From: an uncultured virus (IMG/VR IMGVR_UViG_3300025398_000011)
Taxonomy: Duplodnaviria > Heunggongvirae > Uroviricota > Caudoviricetes
Length of the DNA stretch: 64,000 nucleotides
Direction: 5' to 3' (one strand)
IMG/VR virus record: IMGVR_UViG_3300025398_000011
Shown: one piece after another, positions 24,906 to 35,035 of the stretch
Layout of the letters: every line of letters begins with the position of its first letter
Position numbering within the stretch: the stretch's first letter is position 1
The notes under the pieces: generated by a model
What the model was told of the DNA's origin: nothing
The model's database searches: none
What the model saw: the letters and a program-made list of their open reading frames with translations, nothing else
Position numbers and translations under genes: made by a program

Positions 24906-27900
24906 ATGAGTTCTTGCGGTTACTGTGGAGGCTACTGGCCTTCTTGTGGTTGCTCTATTCAACCAATTATTGTTACTCCACCTGCGCCAATTGTAGTTAG
25001 CGTTCAAGCGCCTATTGGTGGAGCTAATGGGCTACAAGGTATCCAAGGCCCTCAAGGTATTACTGGATACATTGGTCATGATGGCGCTCAGGGAACACAA
25101 GGCATCCAGGGTGTGCAAGGCACTCAAGGTAATCAAGGCTTCGGTTATGATCAATTACAGGGTGTGCAAGGTCCTCAAGGTGTTCAGGGTGTACAAGGTA
25201 TCCAAGGCATTCAGGGGTACACAGGTCTACAAGGACACTATGGAACTCAAGGTACGCAAGGCACACAAGGACCTCAGGGAACTACAGGTTCTCAGGGTAC
25301 GCAGGGTATCCAAGGAGTACAAGGTACTCAAGGCATTCAAGGTGTTCAAGGATTGTTGGGTACTCAAGGTACCCAAGGTACAACAGGTTCACAAGGAGCA
25401 ACTGGTACTCAGGGATCTCAGGGAACACAAGGTCTACTTGGACTACAAGGTCTACTTGGTCTACAGGGAAACCAAGGAACTACGGGTGTTCAAGGACTAC
25501 AAGGTATCCAGGGTGTCCAAGGGACTCAAGGAACTACGGGTACACAAGGCCTGCAAGGTATTCAAGGACGTTCATTTACAGGCGTAACCTCTGCCACTTC
25601 TACCACAATTGGGACTGGCTCTAAAGTATTTTCAGTAACTAACTCTGGCGCTTATTCTGTTGGTCAGTATGTTGTTGTAACAAACACTGGAACCCCAACT
25701 AACTTTATGTTTGGACAAGTCACTGCTGTAACAACTGATTCCAGTATCACAGTAAACGTAACAGGCGTTGGAGGCTCTGGAACTTTCACTGCTTGGACTT
25801 TTGGAGTAAGTGGTCTACAAGGGGCTCAAGGAACGCAAGGTATCCAAGGCGTCCAAGGAACACAAGGTATACAGGGCAACCAGGGAACTCAAGGGGTCCA
25901 AGGCGTACAAGGCCTTACAGGTGCTCAGGGACTTCAAGGCGTTCAAGGTACACAGGGTAACCAAGGTTTTGGTTATGCGCAGCTTCAGGGCGTTCAAGGG
26001 CCGCAGGGAACCCAAGGTATTCAGGGGGTTCAAGGTAACCAAGGAACTCTTGGCATTCAAGGATTTACTGGTACACAGGGCTTTACTGGGACACAAGGAA
26101 CCACTGGTACCCAAGGCGCCGTCGGTACACAAGGCACCACAGGTACCCAAGGATTTGTTGGATCTCAAGGAACTATTGGATCTCAAGGAAATACTGGCGC
26201 ACAAGGAACTACAGGAGCAACTGGTGCTACTGGTTCTCAAGGAACACAAGGGCTTCAGGGTAATCAGGGCACAACCGGTATTCAAGGCACTACAGGAACC
26301 CAAGGATTTACAGGCACTCAAGGTGTTGTAGGGTCTCAAGGAACTGTTGGAGCGCAAGGCACACAAGGAACGCAAGGCCTTCAAGGGCTACAAGGTTACC
26401 AAGGGCCGCAGGGAACACAAGGCACTCAAGGGAACCAAGGAACCACTGGTTCACAGGGCACTACTGGTACTCAAGGCGCTACTGGTTCTCAAGGAATTCA
26501 GGGTACTCAAGGCGTCCAGGGAACAACTGGATCGCAAGGAACCACTGGAACACAGGGCGCTACTGGCACACAGGGAACACAAGGTGTTCAAGGTGTAACT
26601 GGTCAAGCTGGTTCTCAAAACGCACACGGTGCAGTAAACGCTGTATCCACTGCTACTGGAACAGGTACAAGCACCTACTTCGCTGGAAGTTCTGACACAG
26701 AGGGTGGCACAGGTGTAGGCGCGTATATTGAGGCAAACGCAAATGGCGTAATCCCTACAATTGATGGCGTCACACTCTCTGTAGGTAACCGCGTTCTCTT
26801 TACAGGACGAGCAAACTCAATTGAAAACGGCGTTTACTCTGTTACAAGCGTAGGCTCATCTAGCAGTAAATATCGCTTTACTCGCGCAACTGACTCCGAT
26901 AACCATGTCACGGGGCAAGTTGAAGGCGGAGATTTTGTTTACGTTCTAACTGGAACAACATATGTATCCACTACTTGGGTTCTAACCTCAACAGGGTCTA
27001 ACTCTGACGGAACAATAAAGATTGGCATAGACCCAATCGTGTGGACACAAGCGGGCGGTATTGGAGCACAAGGCTCCACAGGCTCACAAGGTACAACTGG
27101 TATTCAAGGTATTCAAGGATATACAGGAACTACAGGTGCTCAGGGCTCTACTGGTACGACTGGTGCACAAGGCACACAGGGTATTCAGGGCACACAGGGC
27201 AACACAGGATCTACTGGTTTTCAGGGAACAACTGGTATCCAAGGAATTCAGGGTTATACAGGAACTACTGGTGCGCAGGGCTCTACTGGTCAAACAGGAT
27301 CACAAGGTACCACTGGATCACAAGGCACAACAGGCTCACAAGGCACCACCGGTACTCAAGGAGCAACAGGGGCGCAGGGTACTCAAGGTATTCAAGGACT
27401 TATTGGTATTCAAGGTACCCAAGGAACACAGGGAGTTCAGGGTAACCAAGGAGCTCAGGGTAATCAGGGACTTATTGGTCTACAAGGGTTTACAGGAACA
27501 CAAGGAGCCACTGGAACGCAAGGAACGACCGGTGCTACCGGCTCTACTGGTTCTCAAGGTACAACCGGAACTCAAGGCGCTACTGGAGCCCAAGGTACGC
27601 AAGGTATTCAAGGAGTTATCGGCTCTCAAGGAGCTACAGGACTTCAAGGCGTTCAAGGTACCCAAGGTCTACAGGGGCGTGATGGTGGGCAGCTAACTGC
27701 TACCAGCTATACAGTTAATGGAAGATTATCTAGCGATCAAACTGTTACTTCTGGTGCCGATGCGTTAATTAACTTTATTGACGACTTTGATCCTCAAAAC
27801 TGGTGGGATCCAACTGGGCATCAATTTAAGCCAACTATTGCCGGTTACTACCTCATCAACATTGATTCTTGGTGGGCAACTGGTTCGTTGAGCACTGCTC

Positions 27901-30755
27901 AAACCAACACCCAGGTAAGAAAGAATGGCAACACGATTGCCATTTACCAAAACTCTGTATCCACTACTAATGGTTACACTCAGGGCGGGTCTAAGGTTAT
28001 CTACCTTAATGGCTCCACTGACTATCTAGATTTTACGGCTTATACATCTAATACAACTTCCCAGACTCTGCAATATGGCGGCAGCACAAGCGGTAATGGA
28101 ACTTACTTCTCCGCAACCCTCATCACCAGCGGAACTGTTCAAGGAACACAAGGGACTACTGGATCCCAAGGCACAAACGGAACTAATGGAACAAACGGCA
28201 CTCAGGGCCTAACAGGTAGCCAAGGAACAGTTGGCGCTCAAGGTGTTCAAGGATCTACGGGCACCCAAGGAGCAAGCGGTTCTAATGGAACCAATGGATC
28301 TCAAGGTACTCAAGGAACAACGGGTATCCAAGGACTTACTGGTCTTCAGGGCCTTACTGGTTCTCAAGGAACGACTGGTAACCAAGGAACTCTTGGAACC
28401 CAAGGAACACAAGGAGCAGTTGGTCCTCAAGGAACTACTGGCACACAAGGCTCCCAGGGAACACAAGGTCTTCTTGGTAACCAAGGCACAATTGGTGCAC
28501 AGGGTACCGCTGGTTTTGTTGGCTCTAACGGTTCTCAAGGTACCCAGGGTATCCAGGGAACCACTGGCGGAAGCGGTATTGTTAACGTCGGTAACGGGCT
28601 TCAGTATGTATCTGGAACTCAAACCCTTTCACTACAGGCAGTTACAGGCACGGGTTACACAACAGTCCTATCTACAAGCCCAACCCTTACATCGCCAAAT
28701 ATCGGTAACGCCACTGCCGCATCTGTAACTGTAGGAACGCTTACCTATACCCCTGCTAACGCGCTCTTTACTGCTCAGAACTCCACTAACAACTACAACC
28801 AGATCATTATCCAGAATTCATTGGCTGGGACTCAGGCCTCTGCGGACTTAGTTGTTAACAATGACTCTTCTACGGACTCAACCTACTACGGCGACTTTGG
28901 TATTAACAGCTCTGCTTTTAGCGGAACTGGCAGCTTGTCTCTTCCAAATGCCACCTACCTATACTCCTCTAACGGTGAGTTAGTATTAGGAACTATTACC
29001 TCAAACGGTATTCGCTTTGTAACTAACAACAGCACCACAGACGCAATGTCTATCAACTCTGCTGGTTATGTAAACGTTGCCGGTACCCTACAGGCCGGAA
29101 CCATCTCTGGCGGCTCTGCTTCAGCAGCTCAGACCACGATTAAACAGCGCTCTGATACGGCCGCTAACTGGACTTCAGCTAACCCAACTCTGACTGCAGG
29201 TGTCTGGGCATATGAAACTGATACCAAGAAGATAAAGATCGGTGACGGCTCTACCGCTTGGACATCACTTGCCTACTTTACTGGCGTTCAAGGTTTTACT
29301 GGAACTCAGGGAACTATTGGTAGCCAAGGCGTTCAAGGACTTCAGGGCGCAACAGGATCACAAGGCACTATTGGTAATCAGGGTTCAGTTGGACTTCAGG
29401 GCGTTACTGGTATGCAGGGCGCGACTGGAACACAAGGATTTGTTGGAACCCAAGGAACTCTTGGACTTCAAGGCTTCTACGGTATCCAAGGACTTCAGGG
29501 TATCCAAGGCAACATCGGTGTTCAGGGTGTTGTATTCGGTGCTACTGCTCCTGCCAACCAAGGCGTACTTTGGGTAAATACTGTTTTGTCATCTAGTTCG
29601 ATCCAAGGCACTCAAGGTATTCAGGGTGGTGGATTTAACCAAGCGCAGGGTACTCAAGGCTTGCAAGGCACTATTGGTTCTATTGGTATTCAAGGCACTA
29701 CTGGTATTCAAGGGTCGCTTGGACTTCAAGGTACTACTGGTTCTGCTGGATATGGCGTTAATATTCCATCAGGACTTAGCAATAGTTTGTTTGTTGGCGA
29801 TCCGACTCAACTTTCTTTAACTGGCAATTACAACATTGCCATGGGTACAAATATTGGTCGTACTGGTACTAATACTAGTTATCAAAATACTTTTATTGGT
29901 ACTAATATCGCTTCTACTGCTCCAGTGAGTGGGCATGACAATGTAATGATTGGCTTGGCTTCTGCTTTTGGTTTAACTTCAGGATCTAACAATGTTGTTG
30001 TTGGTAATTCTGCGGGTAACGGTTTAACTAGTGGTGGCGCCAATATTTTTGTTGGTAATTATGCTGGGTATCAAGTTTCAACTAGCAGTAACACTATTCA
30101 TATTGGCAGTAGTTCAACTGTTTCAAATGTTTCAAATTCGATTGTATTAGGTCAGCCTTATGTATATAACGCCAATACGGTAGCGATTGACCCTTTTTAC
30201 GCAAATTACCCTCTTATTGGCGGAAACGCTGGTACAGGTACAAATGATTCAACTAGATATGCAACTGTTGGCGATGACAACCACAAGAACCAGCAAATAC
30301 CAGCAGAGCAGTATTATGCTTCTTGGACTCAAGGCTCGATCATAACAACAACTGCCACAAGCCTATTTGGTGTTGCTCCATATACTTTAGCAGGTAATGC
30401 TTATGATTTTGAATACAATATGTATGTTTCTAATTCTGGAACAGGAACTATTACCCTTGGATGGGGTGGAGTTGCTAACGGCTCGTTTATGACCAATGTT
30501 CAGGTTATGTTACAAAATGGTACTGCCATAACTGGTATTACTAACTATAATCAAACTTCGAACAAAGCAATATCAGGCGGCAATACTGCTGCTACTCACA
30601 TGATTACAATTCGCGGATTCTGCCAAGGCGCACAAGGTAGATTCCCTCTTATGGCATCTGTTTCAACTGGTCAGATTCGTTTGCTTCAAGGTTGGTTCCG
30701 TTTTGTAAATAGAACTCAATGGGGCGCACCTCTTACATTCGGAAATATTGCTTAG
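24906..30755 (+). CDS. Giant collagen-like (Gly-X-Gln) fibre protein, 1949 aa
   Basis: Long GXQ tracts interrupted by globular domains: fibre N-terminal-like, C1q-like, Mtd_N-like and adhesin-head-like repeats. Confidence 0.9.
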   Translation: MSSCGYCGGYWPSCGCSIQPIIVTPPAPIVVSVQAPIGGANGLQGIQGPQGITGYIGHDGAQGTQGIQGVQGTQGNQGFGYDQLQGVQGPQGVQGVQGIQGIQGYTGLQGHYGTQGTQGTQGPQGTTGSQGTQGIQGVQGTQGIQGVQGLLGTQGTQGTTGSQGATGTQGSQGTQGLLGLQGLLGLQGNQGTTGVQGLQGIQGVQGTQGTTGTQGLQGIQGRSFTGVTSATSTTIGTGSKVFSVTNSGAYSVGQYVVVTNTGTPTNFMFGQVTAVTTDSSITVNVTGVGGSGTFTAWTFGVSGLQGAQGTQGIQGVQGTQGIQGNQGTQGVQGVQGLTGAQGLQGVQGTQGNQGFGYAQLQGVQGPQGTQGIQGVQGNQGTLGIQGFTGTQGFTGTQGTTGTQGAVGTQGTTGTQGFVGSQGTIGSQGNTGAQGTTGATGATGSQGTQGLQGNQGTTGIQGTTGTQGFTGTQGVVGSQGTVGAQGTQGTQGLQGLQGYQGPQGTQGTQGNQGTTGSQGTTGTQGATGSQGIQGTQGVQGTTGSQGTTGTQGATGTQGTQGVQGVTGQAGSQNAHGAVNAVSTATGTGTSTYFAGSSDTEGGTGVGAYIEANANGVIPTIDGVTLSVGNRVLFTGRANSIENGVYSVTSVGSSSSKYRFTRATDSDNHVTGQVEGGDFVYVLTGTTYVSTTWVLTSTGSNSDGTIKIGIDPIVWTQAGGIGAQGSTGSQGTTGIQGIQGYTGTTGAQGSTGTTGAQGTQGIQGTQGNTGSTGFQGTTGIQGIQGYTGTTGAQGSTGQTGSQGTTGSQGTTGSQGTTGTQGATGAQGTQGIQGLIGIQGTQGTQGVQGNQGAQGNQGLIGLQGFTGTQGATGTQGTTGATGSTGSQGTTGTQGATGAQGTQGIQGVIGSQGATGLQGVQGTQGLQGRDGGQLTATSYTVNGRLSSDQTVTSGADALINFIDDFDPQNWWDPTGHQFKPTIAGYYLINIDSWWATGSLSTAQTNTQVRKNGNTIAIYQNSVSTTNGYTQGGSKVIYLNGSTDYLDFTAYTSNTTSQTLQYGGSTSGNGTYFSATLITSGTVQGTQGTTGSQGTNGTNGTNGTQGLTGSQGTVGAQGVQGSTGTQGASGSNGTNGSQGTQGTTGIQGLTGLQGLTGSQGTTGNQGTLGTQGTQGAVGPQGTTGTQGSQGTQGLLGNQGTIGAQGTAGFVGSNGSQGTQGIQGTTGGSGIVNVGNGLQYVSGTQTLSLQAVTGTGYTTVLSTSPTLTSPNIGNATAASVTVGTLTYTPANALFTAQNSTNNYNQIIIQNSLAGTQASADLVVNNDSSTDSTYYGDFGINSSAFSGTGSLSLPNATYLYSSNGELVLGTITSNGIRFVTNNSTTDAMSINSAGYVNVAGTLQAGTISGGSASAAQTTIKQRSDTAANWTSANPTLTAGVWAYETDTKKIKIGDGSTAWTSLAYFTGVQGFTGTQGTIGSQGVQGLQGATGSQGTIGNQGSVGLQGVTGMQGATGTQGFVGTQGTLGLQGFYGIQGLQGIQGNIGVQGVVFGATAPANQGVLWVNTVLSSSSIQGTQGIQGGGFNQAQGTQGLQGTIGSIGIQGTTGIQGSLGLQGTTGSAGYGVNIPSGLSNSLFVGDPTQLSLTGNYNIAMGTNIGRTGTNTSYQNTFIGTNIASTAPVSGHDNVMIGLASAFGLTSGSNNVVVGNSAGNGLTSGGANIFVGNYAGYQVSTSSNTIHIGSSSTVSNVSNSIVLGQPYVYNANTVAIDPFYANYPLIGGNAGTGTNDSTRYATVGDDNHKNQQIPAEQYYASWTQGSIITTTATSLFGVAPYTLAGNAYDFEYNMYVSNSGTGTITLGWGGVANGSFMTNVQVMLQNGTAITGITNYNQTSNKAISGGNTAATHMITIRGFCQGAQGRFPLMASVSTGQIRLLQGWFRFVNRTQWGAPLTFGNIA

Positions 30756-30764
30756 GAGATCCCC

Positions 30765-32075
30765 ATGTCACAACTTATGTATTACGACACCGCGAGTTCT
30801 TCTTGGAAGCCTGTTGTTGTTGGCGCGCAAGGAGTAACTGGTCCACAAGGACTTCAAGGCATTACAGGTAGTGCTGGAACTTCTGCTTATGCTACTTATT
30901 TCCCTGCTGCTGCATTAGGTCACACCTCAACTGCTAGTGTTTCGATACCTGCTGGCAGTTATTTGTACGAAACCCCCTCGACAAACCCTGCGACTTTTAC
31001 GATTAACGGAAATACTCCTGCTGGCAATTTTGGCAAATTAACTTTGACTTCACCCGCAACGACTATTACTGGAACAACACCAGTCGCTTATCCTGTTGCA
31101 TTTAGAAACACAAATAATAATTATCAGACTGCTGCTTATGGAAACAATATTTATATTGTCGATCAACCGTATTCAACATATTCTTATTCAACTGATGGCG
31201 GTAATACTTGGACTACTACTTTAGATGCAAGTATAGGACAATACGGCAACACTTGGGGATTGGCTTATGGAAACGGCCATTTTGTTAAAACTTGGCAATA
31301 TAATCAAATGGGCTATCAGATCAGTTATTCTAGCGATGGAGTTAATTGGACTGGTGGATCCTTGCCTAATGGCGGTGTAAATGGTTATAACAACGCATTT
31401 GCCAATAATATTATTTATAATTCTGCGACTAACTATTTTGTTGTAGTTGGCGGCTTTTCTAATTATTATAATTATGGCGATCCAATTAACGGCTGGAATT
31501 TGGTTTATGGCGCTCCTTGGAATTCTGTTGGAGCATTGTCCTATCAAAATGGCTACACTTTTGTTTCCGACCTAGCAACTGGTTATGTTTATTATAGTTC
31601 AGATCCAGCAAGTAATTCTTGGACTGCTGCCGCTTTTGGCCCTTTTAATTACAATCAGTTCAGTTCTGTTCAATGGGATGGAACTAATTATTGGGTTGCT
31701 ATTGGTATTGGTAGCGGAAATGCTCAGTTATGGAAATGTTCTAACCTTAGCACTAACACTTGGACTCAAGTTTCTCTTAATTGGACTAACTGCACAGGAG
31801 CCAGTCTTGAAATTGTTGTTTCAGGTAACGAAATTTTAATAATTGAAAATACTCAAGGTAATGCTGCTGCAATTTATTCTTCTGATGGGGGCAGCACTTT
31901 TTCTATAATTTCAACTGGAATTTCATATGCTGGAATTGCAAAAAAACTAAATGGTCACTATGTATATTGTTCACAAGATTACCAAAGTCAGTACCCAGTT
32001 TATTTTTCTTCAACGTTAGCGCCTCAACAGCAGCCTTCTTATGTTAAATTAACCTCTACCTATACAACTTCCTAG
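30765..32075 (+). CDS. Fibre/receptor-binding protein with BNR/Asp-box propeller
   Basis: Short GXQ tract, then repeated YS.DG..W motifs; AT-rich codons. Confidence 0.75.
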   Translation: MSQLMYYDTASSSWKPVVVGAQGVTGPQGLQGITGSAGTSAYATYFPAAALGHTSTASVSIPAGSYLYETPSTNPATFTINGNTPAGNFGKLTLTSPATTITGTTPVAYPVAFRNTNNNYQTAAYGNNIYIVDQPYSTYSYSTDGGNTWTTTLDASIGQYGNTWGLAYGNGHFVKTWQYNQMGYQISYSSDGVNWTGGSLPNGGVNGYNNAFANNIIYNSATNYFVVVGGFSNYYNYGDPINGWNLVYGAPWNSVGALSYQNGYTFVSDLATGYVYYSSDPASNSWTAAAFGPFNYNQFSSVQWDGTNYWVAIGIGSGNAQLWKCSNLSTNTWTQVSLNWTNCTGASLEIVVSGNEILIIENTQGNAAAIYSSDGGSTFSIISTGISYAGIAKKLNGHYVYCSQDYQSQYPVYFSSTLAPQQQPSYVKLTSTYTTS

Positions 32076-32084
32076 GAGATCCCA

Positions 32085-32369
32085 ATGACATTCCCAATTC
32101 AGCAAGGAACGCTTACAGTTGGCACAACCGTTACTGCTTTAATGGTTCAGCCTCAAGGTCGAAATACCACGATCAAAATTCGCAATACCCACGCAACTGC
32201 CAACCTGTATATCGGCAACCCACAGGTATCTGCAAGCGGAGATAATGTCGGCTACCTCATTCCTGCTAATGCTTCTGATTCTGTAACCTACTCGGCTCAA
32301 ACTCCCCTGTTCCTGATTTCGGACACAGAAGGTGTTACAGTTTCCTACTTGACGGCAGCAACTAACTAA
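32085..32369 (+). CDS. Small beta-strand virion protein
   Basis: N....LYIG...V....G pattern shared with 39688-39996. Confidence 0.65.
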   Translation: MTFPIQQGTLTVGTTVTALMVQPQGRNTTIKIRNTHATANLYIGNPQVSASGDNVGYLIPANASDSVTYSAQTPLFLISDTEGVTVSYLTAATN

Positions 32370-32377
32370 GGAAGCAA

Positions 32378-33364
32378 ATGAATCTAGTCCAAAAGGCGGT
32401 TGGACAAGGTGGCAAGTTAGCACCGATAGCAATACCCGATACTTTCGGGGGAATGAACCCATCTGTATTTATAGACAAAGATGGCGATATTCTTGTTAAT
32501 GTCCGAGTAGTTAATTACATTTTGTATCATAGCGAGAACGAGCAACGCTTCCCTTCTAGATGGGGTCCGCTTGCTTATTTGCACCCTGAGAAAGACCAGC
32601 GCCTTGTAACTGAGAACTACCTCTGCAGGCTTAACTCCGATCTAGAGATGACCGACTATGCGCGGGTAGAGATGCTAGATCTTCATACTCCTATATGGGA
32701 GTTCGTTGGTTTGGAGGACGCCCGCTTAGTTCAATGGGAAGGTAAGTACTACCTAATAGGTGTTCGGCGCGACACCACCACCACAGGTGTTGGGCGCATG
32801 GAGTATTCTCATATAGAGATAAACAAAGAGGGCTGGTCTATTAAAGAGACTAAGCGTGTGCGCATTCCTGCCCCTAAAGACGATGGATCTTACTGTGAGA
32901 AGAACTGGTACCCGATATTAGATAGGCCTTACCACTTTATTAAGTGGACTATGCCCACAGAGATGGTTAAAGCCGACCCTGAAGAACCTAAGATTGAACA
33001 GATCTTTGTAAAGGAAACTCCCCCTGCCCCAGCAGATCAGCGCGGAGGCACCCAAGCCATTAAGTGGGGCAATATGTATATTGCCATCACTCATGAGGTC
33101 AATCTATTTAAGAACTATCTACAGCAGAAAGACGGTATCTACCGCCACCGCTTAGTTTTATGGGATGACCAGTTTAACTTTGTAGGGCTCTCTAATGCCT
33201 TCTCTTTCTTGGATGCTCGTATCGAGTTCTGCGTGGGCGCGGCCATTTATAATGGAGACCTACTTATTAGCTTTGGGTTCCAAGATAATGCGGCTTTTGT
33301 TCTACGCACCCCTAAGAAAGTAGTAGAAGACCTAATCCTGGAGGCGCTTATCTATGAAAATTGA
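32378..33364 (+). CDS. Five-bladed beta-propeller glycoside hydrolase/transferase-like protein (GH130/DUF377-like)
   Basis: NPS, GLEDARL, EKNW.P, RGG and IEFC.G motifs. Confidence 0.7.
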   Translation: MNLVQKAVGQGGKLAPIAIPDTFGGMNPSVFIDKDGDILVNVRVVNYILYHSENEQRFPSRWGPLAYLHPEKDQRLVTENYLCRLNSDLEMTDYARVEMLDLHTPIWEFVGLEDARLVQWEGKYYLIGVRRDTTTTGVGRMEYSHIEINKEGWSIKETKRVRIPAPKDDGSYCEKNWYPILDRPYHFIKWTMPTEMVKADPEEPKIEQIFVKETPPAPADQRGGTQAIKWGNMYIAITHEVNLFKNYLQQKDGIYRHRLVLWDDQFNFVGLSNAFSFLDARIEFCVGAAIYNGDLLISFGFQDNAAFVLRTPKKVVEDLILEALIYEN

Positions 33365-33911
33365 GGGCCTAGTAGTCCGTCTATCTAAAGACCCGTTTAA
33401 CCCACTGCTTAACTTTCAGTGTGCCCAAGAGTATGACCGACTAGGACAGACAGCCTCTGCCGTCTCTTTCTACCTAAGGACTGCGGAGTATGGCTATAAG
33501 ACTAACCCAGACTACGCATATGAAGCCTTACTAAGAACCTCTATCTGCTTTGAAGACCAAAACGATAGGCAACATACTGTAAGTAACTGCATCCTTCAAG
33601 CGCTTACCGTTTTACCTGAGAGAGAAGAAGCGTACTTTCTTATGTCTAGGTTCCACGATCGCTCAGGCAACTGGCAAGAGTGCTACACGTGGGCACGCAT
33701 GGGACTGCGCTACTCTACAAATATAAAGAATGAACTGTTGGATTACCCGGGCGGTGTTGGCTTACTCTTTGAAGTAGCTGTTTCTGGTTGGTGGGTAGGA
33801 CGAGCCGAAGAGTCAACAAGCATCTTTAAAGACCTACTTACTAAGGACATACCAGAGAATTACCGCAATGCGATTGTGGATAACTTAAGGAGAACAGGTG
33901 CTTCTATTTGA
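33354..33911 (+). CDS. TPR-like helical protein
   Basis: AQEY..LGQ..SA..FY and P.R.EAYF repeats. Confidence 0.7.
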   Translation: MKIEGLVVRLSKDPFNPLLNFQCAQEYDRLGQTASAVSFYLRTAEYGYKTNPDYAYEALLRTSICFEDQNDRQHTVSNCILQALTVLPEREEAYFLMSRFHDRSGNWQECYTWARMGLRYSTNIKNELLDYPGGVGLLFEVAVSGWWVGRAEESTSIFKDLLTKDIPENYRNAIVDNLRRTGASI

Positions 33912-34560
33912 TATCGGGGCTAACCGAGGAGACGCAACGGTTGCTGGCTTAAATAAAGGGTATAAAGTAATTGCTGTTGAAGCGGCGCCCAGAATTTACA
34001 GGCAGTTGTCGTCTACCTTTATCTATGTCCCCGAGGTAATACCACTTAAAGCCGCTGTAGCAGATGTAGATAATGAGCGCGTAGAGTTCTATGAAGCTGA
34101 GGAGGATGGGCTATCTACTCTTAATAAAGACTGGCTAACTGACAAAACTCTTCCTTATGTGGGCAAGCCTTACCGCACAGTCTCAGCAACCACTGTGACT
34201 ATTGACACTCTTGCAAAAACCTATGGTGAGCCCGACCTAATAAAGGTAGATGTTGAGGGCGCAGAGTGGCTGGTGTTTAAGGGTATGACTAAAAAGTACG
34301 GAACTCTTGCTTTTGAGTGGACAGATGCCACGGTTAAAGAGCACTGTTCTCAGCTAGAGCACCTATCTTCTTTAGGCTACACAGAGGTTGCGCCACAGTT
34401 TATTGTTAATCACCTAGAAGAGCCTACAGAATGGTACCCCATCGCAGACTATCACCTCTGTAAGTGGGTGACGGAGAATAAAGACGCTTGGGAAAACGGC
34501 GGCTGGAAAGAGGCAAACCTACGACCTACAGCGGATGTGGGAATGTGCTGGGTTAGGTAG
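33898..34560 (+). CDS. FkbM family methyltransferase
   Basis: FDIGAN.G, VIAVEA, LIKVDVEGAE. Confidence 0.92.
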   Translation: MLLFDIGANRGDATVAGLNKGYKVIAVEAAPRIYRQLSSTFIYVPEVIPLKAAVADVDNERVEFYEAEEDGLSTLNKDWLTDKTLPYVGKPYRTVSATTVTIDTLAKTYGEPDLIKVDVEGAEWLVFKGMTKKYGTLAFEWTDATVKEHCSQLEHLSSLGYTEVAPQFIVNHLEEPTEWYPIADYHLCKWVTENKDAWENGGWKEANLRPTADVGMCWVR

Positions 34561-34613
34561 GACAAAACGCCCCTTAGTGGGGATAATTTAAGAACTCGTA
34601 TTTAAGGAGCACT

Positions 34614-34949
34614 ATGGCAACCGCCTATAAAGTACTAGGTCAAGTAAACCCAGCAGCTACAACAGAAGCCACTTTATATACCCCAGGCGGTAGTTCGGCC
34701 GTAGCAGTAGTGTCCACTATCGCTATCTGTAACCAGGCTGCATCACCCGCAACCTACCGAATTGCTGTGTGGCCTAATGGAACTTCTTCTTCTTCTGGCG
34801 CCAACTGGCTTGTGTATGGGGCGACAGTAAATGCCAACGACACCACTTTTCTTACTCTAGGAATAACCCTTGAGCATGGTGCAACTATTCGTGTTTATGC
34901 TTCTAGCGCGACTGTTTCATTTAGCGCATTTGGTAGCGAGATCGCTTAA
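34614..34949 (+). CDS. Small virion structural protein
   Basis: MATAYKVLGQ..P......LYT...SFSAFGSEI, a common phage fibre-associated type. Confidence 0.75.
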   Translation: MATAYKVLGQVNPAATTEATLYTPGGSSAVAVVSTIAICNQAASPATYRIAVWPNGTSSSSGANWLVYGATVNANDTTFLTLGITLEHGATIRVYASSATVSFSAFGSEIA

Positions 34950-35023
34950 TGTCCGCTACTAAGGCCAGTAATTCTGGCACTACAGGGTATACCTACGAGG
35001 ATGCGCAAGTTAAAGACAATTAA
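34949..35023 (+). pseudogene. Truncated N-terminal remnant of an FN3-fibre gene
   Basis: TAATG-coupled 24-aa ORF MSATKASNSGTTGYTYEDAQVKDN, resembling the N-terminus of 35036. Confidence 0.4.
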
Positions 35024-35035
35024 GGAGGCTAGTCT

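Noticed and set aside
25015..29820. Alternative-frame ORFs (KVLKV/HKAHK repeats) within the collagen gene
   Set aside because: Shadow frames of the GGN-NNN-CAR repeat, with no SD or independent coding signal.
29135..30755. Diversity-generating retroelement target suggested by the Mtd_N-like domain
   Set aside because: No reverse transcriptase and no TR/VR pair differing at adenines were seen in the window.
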